Assembly (NCBI GenBank): GCA_964396035.1
Contig: CAYNCC010000001.1
Span: forward strand, 1 to 49,165
Length of the DNA: 49,165 bases
Direction: 5' to 3'
From: an uncultured Alphaproteobacteria bacterium
Lineage (GTDB): Bacteria; Pseudomonadota; Alphaproteobacteria; GCA-002720895
This document shows, one piece after another, positions 40,384-49,165 of this stretch (the stretch's first letter is position 1; each line of letters starts with the position of its first letter). The notes below the pieces were generated by a model. It was not told the origin of the DNA. It saw nothing but the letters and a program-made list of their open reading frames with translations, and did no database searches. The position numbers and the translations under genes were made by a program.

Positions 40384-41403
40384 ATGGAAAATTTAGAAAA
40401 TATTGCTGAAAAGATTGTCGAAAATGGTAAAGGAATATTGGCAGCAGACGAAAGCACAAACACTATAAAAAAAAGATTTGATAGTATTAACATTGAATCT
40501 ACAGAAATGTCTAGATGTAATTATAGAGAAACTTTATTCTCAACTTCTGATATTTCTAATTTTATATCCGGAGTTATTTTATTTGAAGAAACTTTTTTTC
40601 AAAAAAATAAAAGCGAAGAATCTTTAAAAGAAAAACTAGAAAATGTTAATTGTTATCCTGGTATAAAAATAGATCAAGGACTTGAGCCTCTAAATAAAGA
40701 TGAAATTGAAACTTATACAAAAGGAATAGAAACATTAGATGAACGTTTAAAACCTTTTACTGATAATGGAGCTAAGTTTACAAAATGGAGAGCAGTTATT
40801 AATATCGGTAAAAATATTCCTACAAAAAAATGTTTGGAAAGAAATTCTTCATTGTTAGCTAAATATGCATCAATAAGTCAAAAAAATAATTTAGTGCCAA
40901 TTGTTGAACCAGAAGTAATTATGGATGGCAATCATAGTTTAGAAAAATGTTATGAAGTAACAAAAAAAACATTAAGCATGGTTTTTGACTCATTAGAAAT
41001 ACAAAATGTAAATTTAAAAGGAATTTTACTTAAACCTAATATGGTTGTTCCAGGTAACAAAAGTAATGAAAAATTAGATGTTAAACAATCTGCAGAAAAA
41101 ACTTTACTTTGTCTTCGCGATTGTGTGCCAGAAAAAGTTCCAGGAATTGTATTTTTATCAGGTGGGTTAAGTAGTATTAATGCAACAATGATATTAAATG
41201 AAATTAATAAATTAAATGATTGCCCATGGAAACTATCTTTTTCTTACGGTAGAGCATTACAAGAGGATGCTCTTAAGATATGGGCAGGAAAAAAAGAAAA
41301 TAAAGATAAAGCTCAAAGGATTTTTTTACATAGAGCGAAAATGAATTCATTAGCATGTCAAGGCAAATGGGATTCTATGTTAGAAGATGATTTTAAACTT
41401 TAA
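40384..41403 (+). CDS. fba: Fructose-bisphosphate aldolase, class I
   Basis: GILAADES, Schiff-base region LLKPNMV, FLSGG and SFSYGRALQ motifs. Confidence 0.9.
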   Translation: MENLENIAEKIVENGKGILAADESTNTIKKRFDSINIESTEMSRCNYRETLFSTSDISNFISGVILFEETFFQKNKSEESLKEKLENVNCYPGIKIDQGLEPLNKDEIETYTKGIETLDERLKPFTDNGAKFTKWRAVINIGKNIPTKKCLERNSSLLAKYASISQKNNLVPIVEPEVIMDGNHSLEKCYEVTKKTLSMVFDSLEIQNVNLKGILLKPNMVVPGNKSNEKLDVKQSAEKTLLCLRDCVPEKVPGIVFLSGGLSSINATMILNEINKLNDCPWKLSFSYGRALQEDALKIWAGKKENKDKAQRIFLHRAKMNSLACQGKWDSMLEDDFKL

Positions 41404-41410
41404 ATAATAA

Positions 41411-42073
41411 ATGAATTATCTTTTTCAAAAGAAAAAAAAATATTTATATTTAATAACTCCACCTAATCTTCTTAAAAAAGAATTACTATTAGACGAATTC
41501 TTAATAGTTTTAAACAAAGTTTTAAAAACTAAAAAAATTAAGTTTTTACAATTAAGATTAAAAAATAAAAGTGAAAAAAAAATTATAAAAATATCAAAGA
41601 AAATTAATGTTCTTTGTAAGAAATATAATACTTTATTTTTTATTAATGATTATGTTAGTGAAAAAATATTAAAATTTTGTGATGGGGTTCATTTAGGCCA
41701 AAAAGATTTATCCAAAAAAAAAATTAATTTAATTCATAAAAAAAAAAAATACTTATGAATAAAATGTAATAATTCAGAAAAATTTGTAAAAAAGGTAATG
41801 CGCTATAAGCCAAATTATATTTCATTTGGATCTTTTTTTAATACAGAAACAAAAAAAATTAAATTCTTAGCAAAAATTAAAAATATAAATTGGTTTAAAA
41901 AAAATTTTTCTATACCATGTGCTGCTATTGGAGGCATAAATATAAAAAACTGTAAAAAAATTTTAAATACAGAATGTGATTTACTTGCTATATGTTCAGG
42001 AATTTGGAATTTTGAAGAAGGCCCTATTAAAGCTGTGAATAAATTTTACAAAATTTTAAAAGAAAAAAAATGA
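41411..42073 (+). pseudogene. thiE: Thiamine-phosphate synthase interrupted by a single in-frame TGA
   Basis: ORFs 41411..41758 (FLQLRLKNKS, DGVHLGQKD) and 41798..42073 (YISFGSFFNTETKK, AIGGI) are in the same frame. The sequence reads KKYL-TGA-IKCNN where ThiE has ILGVSAH. Confidence 0.8.
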
Positions 42074-42636
42074 AAATATCAGCAAATGAAATAAAAATAG
42101 GGAATATTTTAGAAATAAACAATAAATTATGGAAAGTCTTAAAAACTGAGGTTACTAAACCAGGAAAAGGAGGTGCTTACATTCAAGTAGAATTAAAAGA
42201 AATTACTGAAGGAACAAAAAAAAACGAAAGGTTTAGATCAGAGGAAAATTTGGAGAAAGCTTATTTGGAACAAAGAAAATATCAGTTTCTTTATAAAAAA
42301 GAAGACAATTATGTTTTTATGGATAAGTCAAATTATGAACAAATAAGTCTTAATGAAAAAAATATTTTAGAAAATTTTTTACCCTATTTAAATAATAATA
42401 TAGAAGTAATATTGGAACTTAAAGATGAAACGCCAATAAACATAATACTTCCAGAAACAGTAATTTTATTAGTAAAAAGTGCAGAGGCTGTTACAAAAGG
42501 TCAAACAGCAACTTCTGGTTTAAAACCTGCAATTTTAGAAAACGGTGTTAAAGTAATGGTTCCATTGCACATAGAAGAGCAAATGAAAATAGTAGTAAAA
42601 ACATCAGATAACTCATATGTTGAGAAACTGAAATAA
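42070..42636 (+). CDS. efp: Elongation factor P
   Basis: KPGKGGAYIQVELK loop. 188 aa. Confidence 0.93.
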   Translation: MKISANEIKIGNILEINNKLWKVLKTEVTKPGKGGAYIQVELKEITEGTKKNERFRSEENLEKAYLEQRKYQFLYKKEDNYVFMDKSNYEQISLNEKNILENFLPYLNNNIEVILELKDETPINIILPETVILLVKSAEAVTKGQTATSGLKPAILENGVKVMVPLHIEEQMKIVVKTSDNSYVEKLK

Positions 42637-42649
42637 ATCTTGTTTTAAT

Positions 42650-43450
42650 ATGACTATAAAAAGCCCAATATTAAATGTAATGACAAAAGCAGCTTACAAG
42701 GCTGGGAATAAATTACTTAAAGATTTTAGAGAAATTGAAAATTTGCAAGTATCAAAAAAAGGAATTGGTGATTTTGTAACGTCGGCAGATTTAAATTCAG
42801 AAGAAACTATAATCAAAGAATTAAAAAAAGCTCATCCTGGAATTGAGATTGTTTGTGAAGAAAATAATCCAGAATTTGAAGAAGGGAAACAAGAAAAAAG
42901 ATTTATTGTTGATCCATTAGATGGAACTCTAAATTTTCTTCACGGTCTTCCTCATTTCTCAATTTCTATTGCTTTGATGCATAAAGAAGAAATAGTATCA
43001 GGAATAATTTATGATCCTATTAAAGATGAATTGTTTTGGGCTGAAAAAGGAATTGGTGCTTTTCTTAATAACTCGACGAGACTTAGAGTTTCAGGTAGAA
43101 GTGATTTAAAAAAATCATTAGTTTCTACAGGAATTCCTTGGAGAGGTATGGAAAATACACATAAAAACTTTTTGAAAATACTTCAAAATGCAATGCAAAA
43201 TTGTTCTGGTGTTAGAAGATTTGGCTCAGCAGCATTAGATTTAGCTTATATAGCAGCTGGTAGATATGATGCTTTTTGGGAATTTGGATTAAAAATATGG
43301 GATATTGCTGCTGGATTGCTTTTGGTAAAAGAAGCTGGAGGTTTTGTAGAAGATATATACAATAAAGATAATGTCTTATATACAGGAAATATTTTAGCTT
43401 GTAATAATAATCTAATTAATGAATTTAAAAATAATATAATATTAAAATAA
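42650..43450 (+). CDS. suhB: Inositol monophosphatase family protein
   Basis: DPLDGTLNFLHG and WDIAAG motifs. Confidence 0.88.
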   Translation: MTIKSPILNVMTKAAYKAGNKLLKDFREIENLQVSKKGIGDFVTSADLNSEETIIKELKKAHPGIEIVCEENNPEFEEGKQEKRFIVDPLDGTLNFLHGLPHFSISIALMHKEEIVSGIIYDPIKDELFWAEKGIGAFLNNSTRLRVSGRSDLKKSLVSTGIPWRGMENTHKNFLKILQNAMQNCSGVRRFGSAALDLAYIAAGRYDAFWEFGLKIWDIAAGLLLVKEAGGFVEDIYNKDNVLYTGNILACNNNLINEFKNNIILK

Positions 43451-43455
43451 AAATA

Positions 43456-44094
43456 ATGTTTAAAAAAAAAATAATAGTATTAACGTTTTTTAGTTTCTTT
43501 TTAATAATTAATAAAAATTGCTATTCCATAGATCCTGTTGAAATAGGCAAGCCATATAAAAAAGATGTCGAAATAAATTATTCAGTGCTTGAAAAAATAA
43601 AGGAAAATAAAGAAAAAATAATTTCTATTAAGAAAGATATAAGAACAAAAATAAAAAAAAATTATTTAGAAACAAAGAATGAAAAAGAAATTAAAAATAA
43701 AAATAAAGAAAATAAAATAAAAAAAAATTCTAAAAATAAATCATATGCTTATATTGATGACAATAAATATATTGATAATCTTAATAAAATCTCAATATTA
43801 TTTGATGAAAATTCAGCAAATATAAAAGAATCAGAATTAAATAAGATAAAAAATTTTTTAAATAAACAAGAAAATAAAGATAAATTATATTTAAAAATTA
43901 TGGCTTATGCTAAATCAAAGAATAATAATGATAATGATAGTTCTAGAAGAGTTTCTCTAGATAGGGCTATTAATATTAGATCAAGTATTATTGATGCAGG
44001 AGTTCCACCAGAAAACTTAATTGTAAAAGCTTTAGGAAATTTAAAGAATAAAAATAGTAGTAATAAAGCTGATATTGAAATTATAGAAAAATAA
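43456..44094 (+). CDS. Secreted protein with C-terminal OmpA/MotB-like domain
   Basis: Signal peptide and K/N-rich linker. C-terminus ILFDENSANIKESELNKI...SSRRVSLDRAINIRSSII fits the OmpA-like peptidoglycan-binding pattern. Confidence 0.5.
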   Translation: MFKKKIIVLTFFSFFLIINKNCYSIDPVEIGKPYKKDVEINYSVLEKIKENKEKIISIKKDIRTKIKKNYLETKNEKEIKNKNKENKIKKNSKNKSYAYIDDNKYIDNLNKISILFDENSANIKESELNKIKNFLNKQENKDKLYLKIMAYAKSKNNNDNDSSRRVSLDRAINIRSSIIDAGVPPENLIVKALGNLKNKNSSNKADIEIIEK

Positions 44095-44140
44095 TAAAAA
44101 ATCATTACAAATTTTGTAAAAAAATATATATTTTATCATT

Positions 44141-44440
44141 ATGAAAAAAAATAAACATCCAGATTACCATGAAATAGAAGTTGTAATGACTGATGGTACT
44201 AAATTTAATACTAAATCAACCTGGGGTAAAAAAGGAGATGTATTAAATTTAGATATCGATCCAAAGACACACCCTGCATGGAGTGGTGGCGAGCAAAAAT
44301 TAGTTGATAGTCAAGGGCAAATATCAAAATTTTCTAAAAAATTTAAAAATTACAAAAAATCTACTTCAGAAAATGAAATTTCTAACGAAAAAAAAAGTTC
44401 CTCAAATAATGAAGAAAATAAATCAAAAGATCCTAAGTGA
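44141..44440 (+). CDS. rpmE: 50S ribosomal protein L31 with a low-complexity C-terminal extension
   Basis: [19 protein letters not shown]...HPAWSGG...[10 protein letters not shown] matches L31. An extra ~25 residues rich in S/N/E/K follow. The TGA stop overlaps the GTG of the next gene. Confidence 0.85.
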   Translation: MKKNKHPDYHEIEVVMTDGTKFNTKSTWGKKGDVLNLDIDPKTHPAWSGGEQKLVDSQGQISKFSKKFKNYKKSTSENEISNEKKSSSNNEENKSKDPK

Positions 44441-45414
44441 AAGTTGTAGAAATTAATAAATTTGGTGGTCCAGAAGTTCTTAAAATTGGATCAAGACCAA
44501 TACCTAACCCTAAAAAGAATGAAGTTTTAATTAAAGTTAAAGCTGCTGGAGTAAATAGACCTGACATCCTTCAAAGAGAAGGTAATTATCCTCCTCCTAA
44601 AGGAGCTTCGGATATTTTAGGTCTTGAAATAGCAGGTGAGGTTGTGAAAATAAATAAAAGATCCTCAAACATTAAAATTGGTGATAAAGTTTGTGCGCTT
44701 GTAACTGGTGGAGGATATTCAGAATATTGTGTAGCTCCCTATGGTCAGTGTCTACCTATACCTAAAGGATTAAATTTTGAAGAAGCTGCATCATTGCCTG
44801 AAACATTTTTTACAATCTGGTTTAATTTATTTGTTCAAAATAAAATAAAAAAAAATCAAAAAATATTAATTCATGGCGGAACAAGTGGTATCGGAACTAC
44901 AGCAATACAAGTTGTAAAAAATTATGGTTTAGAAATTTTTACTACTACAAGAAATGAAAAAAACATTAAAAAATGTAAAAAGCTTGGAGTAAAAAACACT
45001 ATTAATGTGAGAAAAATGGATTTTGAAAAGTTTATAAAAAAAAAGACCAATGGTGAAGGTGTAGATTTAATAATTGATATAGTTGGAGGAACATATGTCC
45101 AAAAAAATATTAATATATTAAAAAGAAATGGAACGCTAATTAACCTTGGTTGGCTAACAGGATCTAATGTAAAAATAAATTTAATTATGGTAATGTTAAA
45201 AAGGTTAAAAATAACAGGATCAACATTAAGAGTTGGATCTTTAAAAGAGAAAGAGGAAATTGCAAAAGGATTAAAGAAATATATTTGGCCACTAATAGAA
45301 AAAAAAAAAATTAAACATATAGTTTTTAAAATTTTTAAAATTTAAAAAGTAAGAGATGAAAATTTTTATATGGATATGGGAATGAATTTTGTTAAATTAG
45401 TATTAAGAATTTAA
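44437..45414 (+). pseudogene. NAD(P)H:quinone oxidoreductase (MDR/zeta-crystallin family) interrupted by an in-frame TAA 23 codons before the natural end
   Basis: GVNRPDILQREGNYPPP, GGTSGIGT. After the TAA at 45343-45345 the same frame continues as KVRDENFYMDMGMNFVKLVLRI, matching the family C-terminus (..AH..M.SG.HIGKIVL). Confidence 0.7.
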
Positions 45415-45456
45415 TAAAATTTTGAATATATATCATAAAATTATTTTGGATTTATA

Positions 45457-46038
45457 ATGGCAAAAATTTTGATGCCAAAAGCTACAGCTATTTGGCTATT
45501 AGAAAATACTGGTTTAACTTTTAAACAAATAGCTGACTTTTGTAATTTACACACTCTTGAAGTGCAAGGAATTGCTGATGGTGTAGTTGCAGGAAAAATG
45601 CCTGGTATAAACCCTATTACAGAAAAAATCTTAACTGAGAAAGAAATTAAAAAATGTGAAGAAAATCCAAAATTAAAACTTTCAATAAATAAAAGTGATT
45701 TACCTAAACCAAAAAAGATCTCTAAAGGTGCAAAATATACTCCTATCGCAAAAAGACATGAACGTCCATCTGCAATCATTTGGCTTATTAAACAGTATCC
45801 AAATATTACAGATGCTGAAATATGCAAACTTTTAAGAACCACAAAAAATACCGTTGAATCTATAAGAAATAAGAGTCATTGGAATATTGAGAATATTATT
45901 TCAAAAGATCCTCTAAAATTAGGTCTATGTAATGAAAAAGATATATTAAAACTTACTGAAAAATATGGTAATAACAAAGATGAGGAAATTGAAGAACAAA
46001 AACAAGATAGTTCCTCAAAAGATAGTATTGTAGAATAA
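45457..46038 (+). CDS. DUF1013-family protein (alphaproteobacterial cell-cycle associated regulator family)
   Basis: LMPKATAIWLLENTGLTFKQIADFCNLHTLEVQGIADG, KYTPIAKRHERPSAIIWL and HWN motifs typical of DUF1013. Confidence 0.7.
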   Translation: MAKILMPKATAIWLLENTGLTFKQIADFCNLHTLEVQGIADGVVAGKMPGINPITEKILTEKEIKKCEENPKLKLSINKSDLPKPKKISKGAKYTPIAKRHERPSAIIWLIKQYPNITDAEICKLLRTTKNTVESIRNKSHWNIENIISKDPLKLGLCNEKDILKLTEKYGNNKDEEIEEQKQDSSSKDSIVE

Positions 46039-46048
46039 TTTAAATAAA

Positions 46049-46531
46049 ATGGCTGATACAAAGGTTGCAATAATTATGGGTAGTGAGTCTGATGCCGATG
46101 AAATGAAAAAAGCATCAGATATTTTAGATGAACTAAAGATTAAGAGTGAGACTTTAGTTATATCTGCCCATAGAGCTCCTGATAAATTAAGAGATTATTG
46201 TATAAGTGCAGAAAAAAAAGGTATTAAAGTATTTATTGCAGGGGCTGGAATGGCAGCTGCATTGCCTGGAGTCATTTCTGCTTATACTCATCTTCCAGTT
46301 CTAGGCGTTCCTATAGAAAGCAAAAGTTTAAAGGGTATGGACAGTTTGTTATCAATTGTTCAAATGCCACCGGGAATACCTGTAGGTACATTGGGAATTG
46401 GAGGTTCAGTTAATGCTGGATTATTAGCAGCATCCATTATTGCATTAGAAGACAAGGAAGTATCTGAAAGACTAAAAGATTTTAGAAAAAAACAAAGTGA
46501 AATAAAAGGCTACAAGCCTTTATCTAAATAA
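46049..46531 (+). CDS. purE: 5-(carboxyamino)imidazole ribonucleotide mutase
   Basis: VAIIMGSESD, SAHRAPD, GAGMAAALPGV. Confidence 0.92.
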   Translation: MADTKVAIIMGSESDADEMKKASDILDELKIKSETLVISAHRAPDKLRDYCISAEKKGIKVFIAGAGMAAALPGVISAYTHLPVLGVPIESKSLKGMDSLLSIVQMPPGIPVGTLGIGGSVNAGLLAASIIALEDKEVSERLKDFRKKQSEIKGYKPLSK

Positions 46532-46535
46532 AATC

Positions 46536-47132
46536 TTATAAAAATTTAGAAAATTTTTCTTTTAAATTTTCTTTTAAAACTGAAATAATGTTCATGTTCA
46601 TTATTGATTTTTCCAAAAACATATTAGTTTTATCTAATTTATTAGATTTATCATTTAGCCAAATTAAAACAGCACTACTATATATTGCAGCTAATATAGC
46701 TCTTTTTGTATAAAAATTAATATCTTTTGATTTATCTCCAATTAAATTCCAAGTAAAATCAACAATTTTATAAACTAATTTAGATGATAATATTTGATTT
46801 GAAGGTTTCGCTAAATAATTTAAACTTTTTTTAATAGCGTCTTTATTTTTATTTAAAATTTCAAATCTTATTTTTAAAGAGGTGAGAATTTTTAACCTTA
46901 AACTTTCTTTAATTCTCTTTTTGTTATAAAGAATTGAAACTTTTTCATTAATAAATGAATTAAAAAATAAGATTAAATCATCTAATTCATTTGGAAAACA
47001 ATCGTTAATAATCTTAGAATTACGTTTAAATTTCTTTTTTGTTTTATTAAAGGAATTTATATTCCATCCTTCTTTTTTAGTAATAGCTAAAAAAGATTTA
47101 AAAAATCTTGATTGCATTGAATTATTTACCAT
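46536..47132 (-). CDS. COQ9-like / rpsU-divergently transcribed protein
   Basis: ~200-aa helical protein divergent from rpsU, the arrangement that defines this alphaproteobacterial family. The sequence assignment itself is weak. Confidence 0.45.
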   Translation of the reverse strand: MVNNSMQSRFFKSFLAITKKEGWNINSFNKTKKKFKRNSKIINDCFPNELDDLILFFNSFINEKVSILYNKKRIKESLRLKILTSLKIRFEILNKNKDAIKKSLNYLAKPSNQILSSKLVYKIVDFTWNLIGDKSKDINFYTKRAILAAIYSSAVLIWLNDKSNKLDKTNMFLEKSIMNMNIISVLKENLKEKFSKFL

Positions 47133-47241
47133 TTTGTTAAAAAATAAATTGAATTTTTTTATTTTATTTATATTCTTTAGATCTAAAAGTATAGAATAAA
47201 AAACTTGTAATAAACATATAATTTTATTTGAGGAAAAAAAA

Positions 47242-47430
47242 ATAGTACAAATCTTTTTAAGAGATAATAATTTAGAAGCTGCCCTTCGTATACTTAAGAA
47301 AAAAATGCAACAAGAAGGCTTGTTTAAAGAAATGAAAATAAGAAGACATTATGAAAAACCTTCTGTTAAAAAAAAAAGAATAGCCTCTGAAGCATTGAGA
47401 AAAAAGAAAAAATTCAATAGATACTTTTAA
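47242..47430 (+). CDS. rpsU: 30S ribosomal protein S21 with no canonical start codon (ATA at the expected initiator position)
   Basis: Translation (I)VQIFLRDNNLEAALRILKKKMQQEGLFKEMKIRRHYEKPSVKKKRIASEALRKKKKFNRYF matches alphaproteobacterial S21 (MVQIFVRDNN...). GAGGA lies 7 nt upstream of the ATA. There is no ATG, GTG or TTG in frame back to the stop at 47197. This gene is absent from the ORF track. Confidence 0.8.
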   Translation: MVQIFLRDNNLEAALRILKKKMQQEGLFKEMKIRRHYEKPSVKKKRIASEALRKKKKFNRYF

Positions 47431-48773
47431 TTACGATTTATTTCACCTAATAATATTTTTTGATTTCTTTTTAAATCAACTAATTTAAAATTTTTAATTA
47501 AATTATTAAATAATTCATGCCAATTTAACTTAACATCTAGTCTCATAAACAAAGAACCCATTCCAATAGCAGCCCTATCCATAAAAACAAACTCTCTAGG
47601 AGGCTCTATGCCACCAACTTTTTTTAATTCTTTATATACTTTATTGGCAACATCAAATCCGTAACCTTTTTTACCATCGCCTTGTATTAATCTTTTTTTA
47701 TCTTCTAATAATGGTCCATAAATATAAGACGCCCATAAATTTAGTATTTTTATTAAATCTTTACTAACTTTTTTAAAACCCCATGTTTGATATGCCTTTA
47801 CACAAAGTTCTGTGTCATTATTTTTTAATGCATAATATAAATCTATAACTGCTTTTACAAATTTTACTGGAAAAATTCTAATACAGCCGAAATCATATAA
47901 ATTAACAGACCCATCCTTAGCAAATGAATAATTGCCAAAATGTGGATCGCCATGAATAACTGCAAAATTATAAAAAGGTTTATACCAAGCGTTAAAGATG
48001 TTTTTAGCAATTCTTTCTTTTGTTTTTTTGTTATTATAAGTTCTTATTGTTTGTTCCACTGGTAAGCCTTCCAACCAACTCATTGTGATTAATTTTTCTG
48101 TAGAATTTTTTTTAAAAACTTCAGGTATGTGAACATTTGAATCATCAAAAAATATATTCTTAAATATTCCCATATTGTATATTTCTTTTTTATAATCAAT
48201 TTCTTCGTAAAGTCTTTGACTTATTTCTGAATGAATCTTTTTAGTTTTGATGGCTTTGTTATATTTTTCAAATAAGTCTAAAATTATTTCTAATTGTTTC
48301 AAATCTGCTTTAACTGTAGATAACATATCTGGATATTGAAGTTTACATGCTACTAATTCTCCATTTACTAATTTGCCTTTGTGTACTTGTCCTAGAGATG
48401 CAGCATAAGAAGCTTGTTCATTAAAAAAAATAAATTTTTTATTCCAATGGTTTCCCAACTCATTTCTCATACGTCTTCTAACAAAAAATTTACCCATAGA
48501 TGGGGCTTTTGATTGTAATTCTATTAATTGATTTGCATATTCTTTAGGTATCGCATCTGGAATCATTGAGAGCAATTGCGCTATTTTCATAAAAGGACCT
48601 TTAACCTCTCCCAAATCTCTTTTTAAATTAAGCGCGTGTGACTTTTTATCCAAATTTAAACCAAGGTATTTATCTGCTCCAAGACGAGTAAGAAGCCCTC
48701 CTACTTGACCTGTGATTTGTATATATCTATTTAATCGCTTAGTAAAACCGTCTTTGTCTAATGTATTATCCAT
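47427..48773 (-). CDS. ubiB: ABC1/UbiB-family atypical kinase
   Basis: ABC1 domain motifs AASLGQVHKG, IHGDPHFGN and YDFG. Confidence 0.8.
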   Translation of the reverse strand: MDNTLDKDGFTKRLNRYIQITGQVGGLLTRLGADKYLGLNLDKKSHALNLKRDLGEVKGPFMKIAQLLSMIPDAIPKEYANQLIELQSKAPSMGKFFVRRRMRNELGNHWNKKFIFFNEQASYAASLGQVHKGKLVNGELVACKLQYPDMLSTVKADLKQLEIILDLFEKYNKAIKTKKIHSEISQRLYEEIDYKKEIYNMGIFKNIFFDDSNVHIPEVFKKNSTEKLITMSWLEGLPVEQTIRTYNNKKTKERIAKNIFNAWYKPFYNFAVIHGDPHFGNYSFAKDGSVNLYDFGCIRIFPVKFVKAVIDLYYALKNNDTELCVKAYQTWGFKKVSKDLIKILNLWASYIYGPLLEDKKRLIQGDGKKGYGFDVANKVYKELKKVGGIEPPREFVFMDRAAIGMGSLFMRLDVKLNWHELFNNLIKNFKLVDLKRNQKILLGEINRN

Positions 48774-48843
48774 TATTTCTATTTTTAAAGAATAAAATTA
48801 ATAATAAAATAATATAGTTTAATTTATTGATAGATTAACTAAA

Positions 48844-49165
48844 ATGTTAGAGGATCAAAGAAAATTTAATTGGAAGTCTCTTCCTGAAATGTTTTTTAAA
48901 GAAGCAGAAAAACATTTGGATAAGCCTCTTCTTTGGTACAAAACAAATAATCAATATAAATCATATTCTTGGAAGACTGTAAGAAAAAGAATTTTATTGC
49001 TTTCTTCTAAGCTTACTGAGTTAGGAATTAAAAAAGGAGATAAGATTATAATTATCTCAGAAAACAATCCAAATTGGTTTATTACTGATTTTGCCATAAT
49101 GCTTGCAGGAGGTATAACTGTTCCCGCTTATACTACATATACAAAAAAAGATTATGAATACTTAA
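48844..49165 (+). CDS. AMP-dependent synthetase/ligase (long-chain acyl-CoA synthetase-like), N-terminal fragment running off the window
   Basis: Open frame from ATG 48844 to the window end. YSWKTVRKRI...LGIKKGDKIIIISENNPNWFITDFAIMLAGGITVPAYTT is the typical N-terminal region of this family. Confidence 0.7.
   Translation, partial: MLEDQRKFNWKSLPEMFFKEAEKHLDKPLLWYKTNNQYKSYSWKTVRKRILLLSSKLTELGIKKGDKIIIISENNPNWFITDFAIMLAGGITVPAYTTYTKKDYEYL

Noticed and set aside
41756-41758. Genome-wide genetic code change (TGA as Gly or Trp, or TAA as a sense codon)
   Set aside because: TAA terminates most genes in the window at the expected protein lengths. TGA terminates rpmE, the DUF485 gene and thiE itself in ATGA/GTGA start-stop overlaps. 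The gene content and synteny are alphaproteobacterial, where no such reassignment is known. Only site-specific read-through remains conceivable.
45441-45842. 133-aa minus-strand ORF (also 45876..46070)
   Set aside because: Both are antisense to the well-supported DUF1013 gene and have a hydrophobic, shadow-like composition.

Overview
This window is a very AT-rich, tightly packed chromosomal segment. Its gene order looks alphaproteobacterial: tolQRAB-pal-cpoB-tilS-ftsH-folP-glmM, rluD-like/rpoH, hisZ-purA, tkt-gap-fba-thiE-efp-suhB, a DUF1013 gene, and a COQ9-like gene divergent from rpsU. Composition and streamlining suggest a SAR11/Pelagibacterales-like free-living marine bacterium, but that is inference only. 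I can support about 60 genes, nearly all core housekeeping, plus one TPP riboswitch ahead of thiC and a few intrinsic terminators. I saw no rRNA, tRNA, CRISPR array, transposase, integrase or prophage-like block, so this is not an obvious accessory island. Four things merit a second look. (1) Five conserved genes (purA, folP, thiE, a quinone oxidoreductase, rpsU) each carry one single-codon lesion: four in-frame stops and one ATA in place of the start codon. None has an indel, and the conserved motifs continue downstream of each lesion. (2) A 102-aa Hjc-like PD-(D/E)XK nuclease sits in the slot where ruvC-ruvA-ruvB(-ybgC) normally lies between yebC and tolQ. (3) A 138-aa ORF between gap and the class I aldolase, where pgk usually sits, reads like a truncated class II aldolase that has lost its catalytic residues. 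(4) A free-standing 78-aa two-helix membrane protein gene has a strong Shine-Dalgarno site, a palindrome over its promoter and its own terminators. All homology calls were made by eye from motifs and synteny; no database search was possible.
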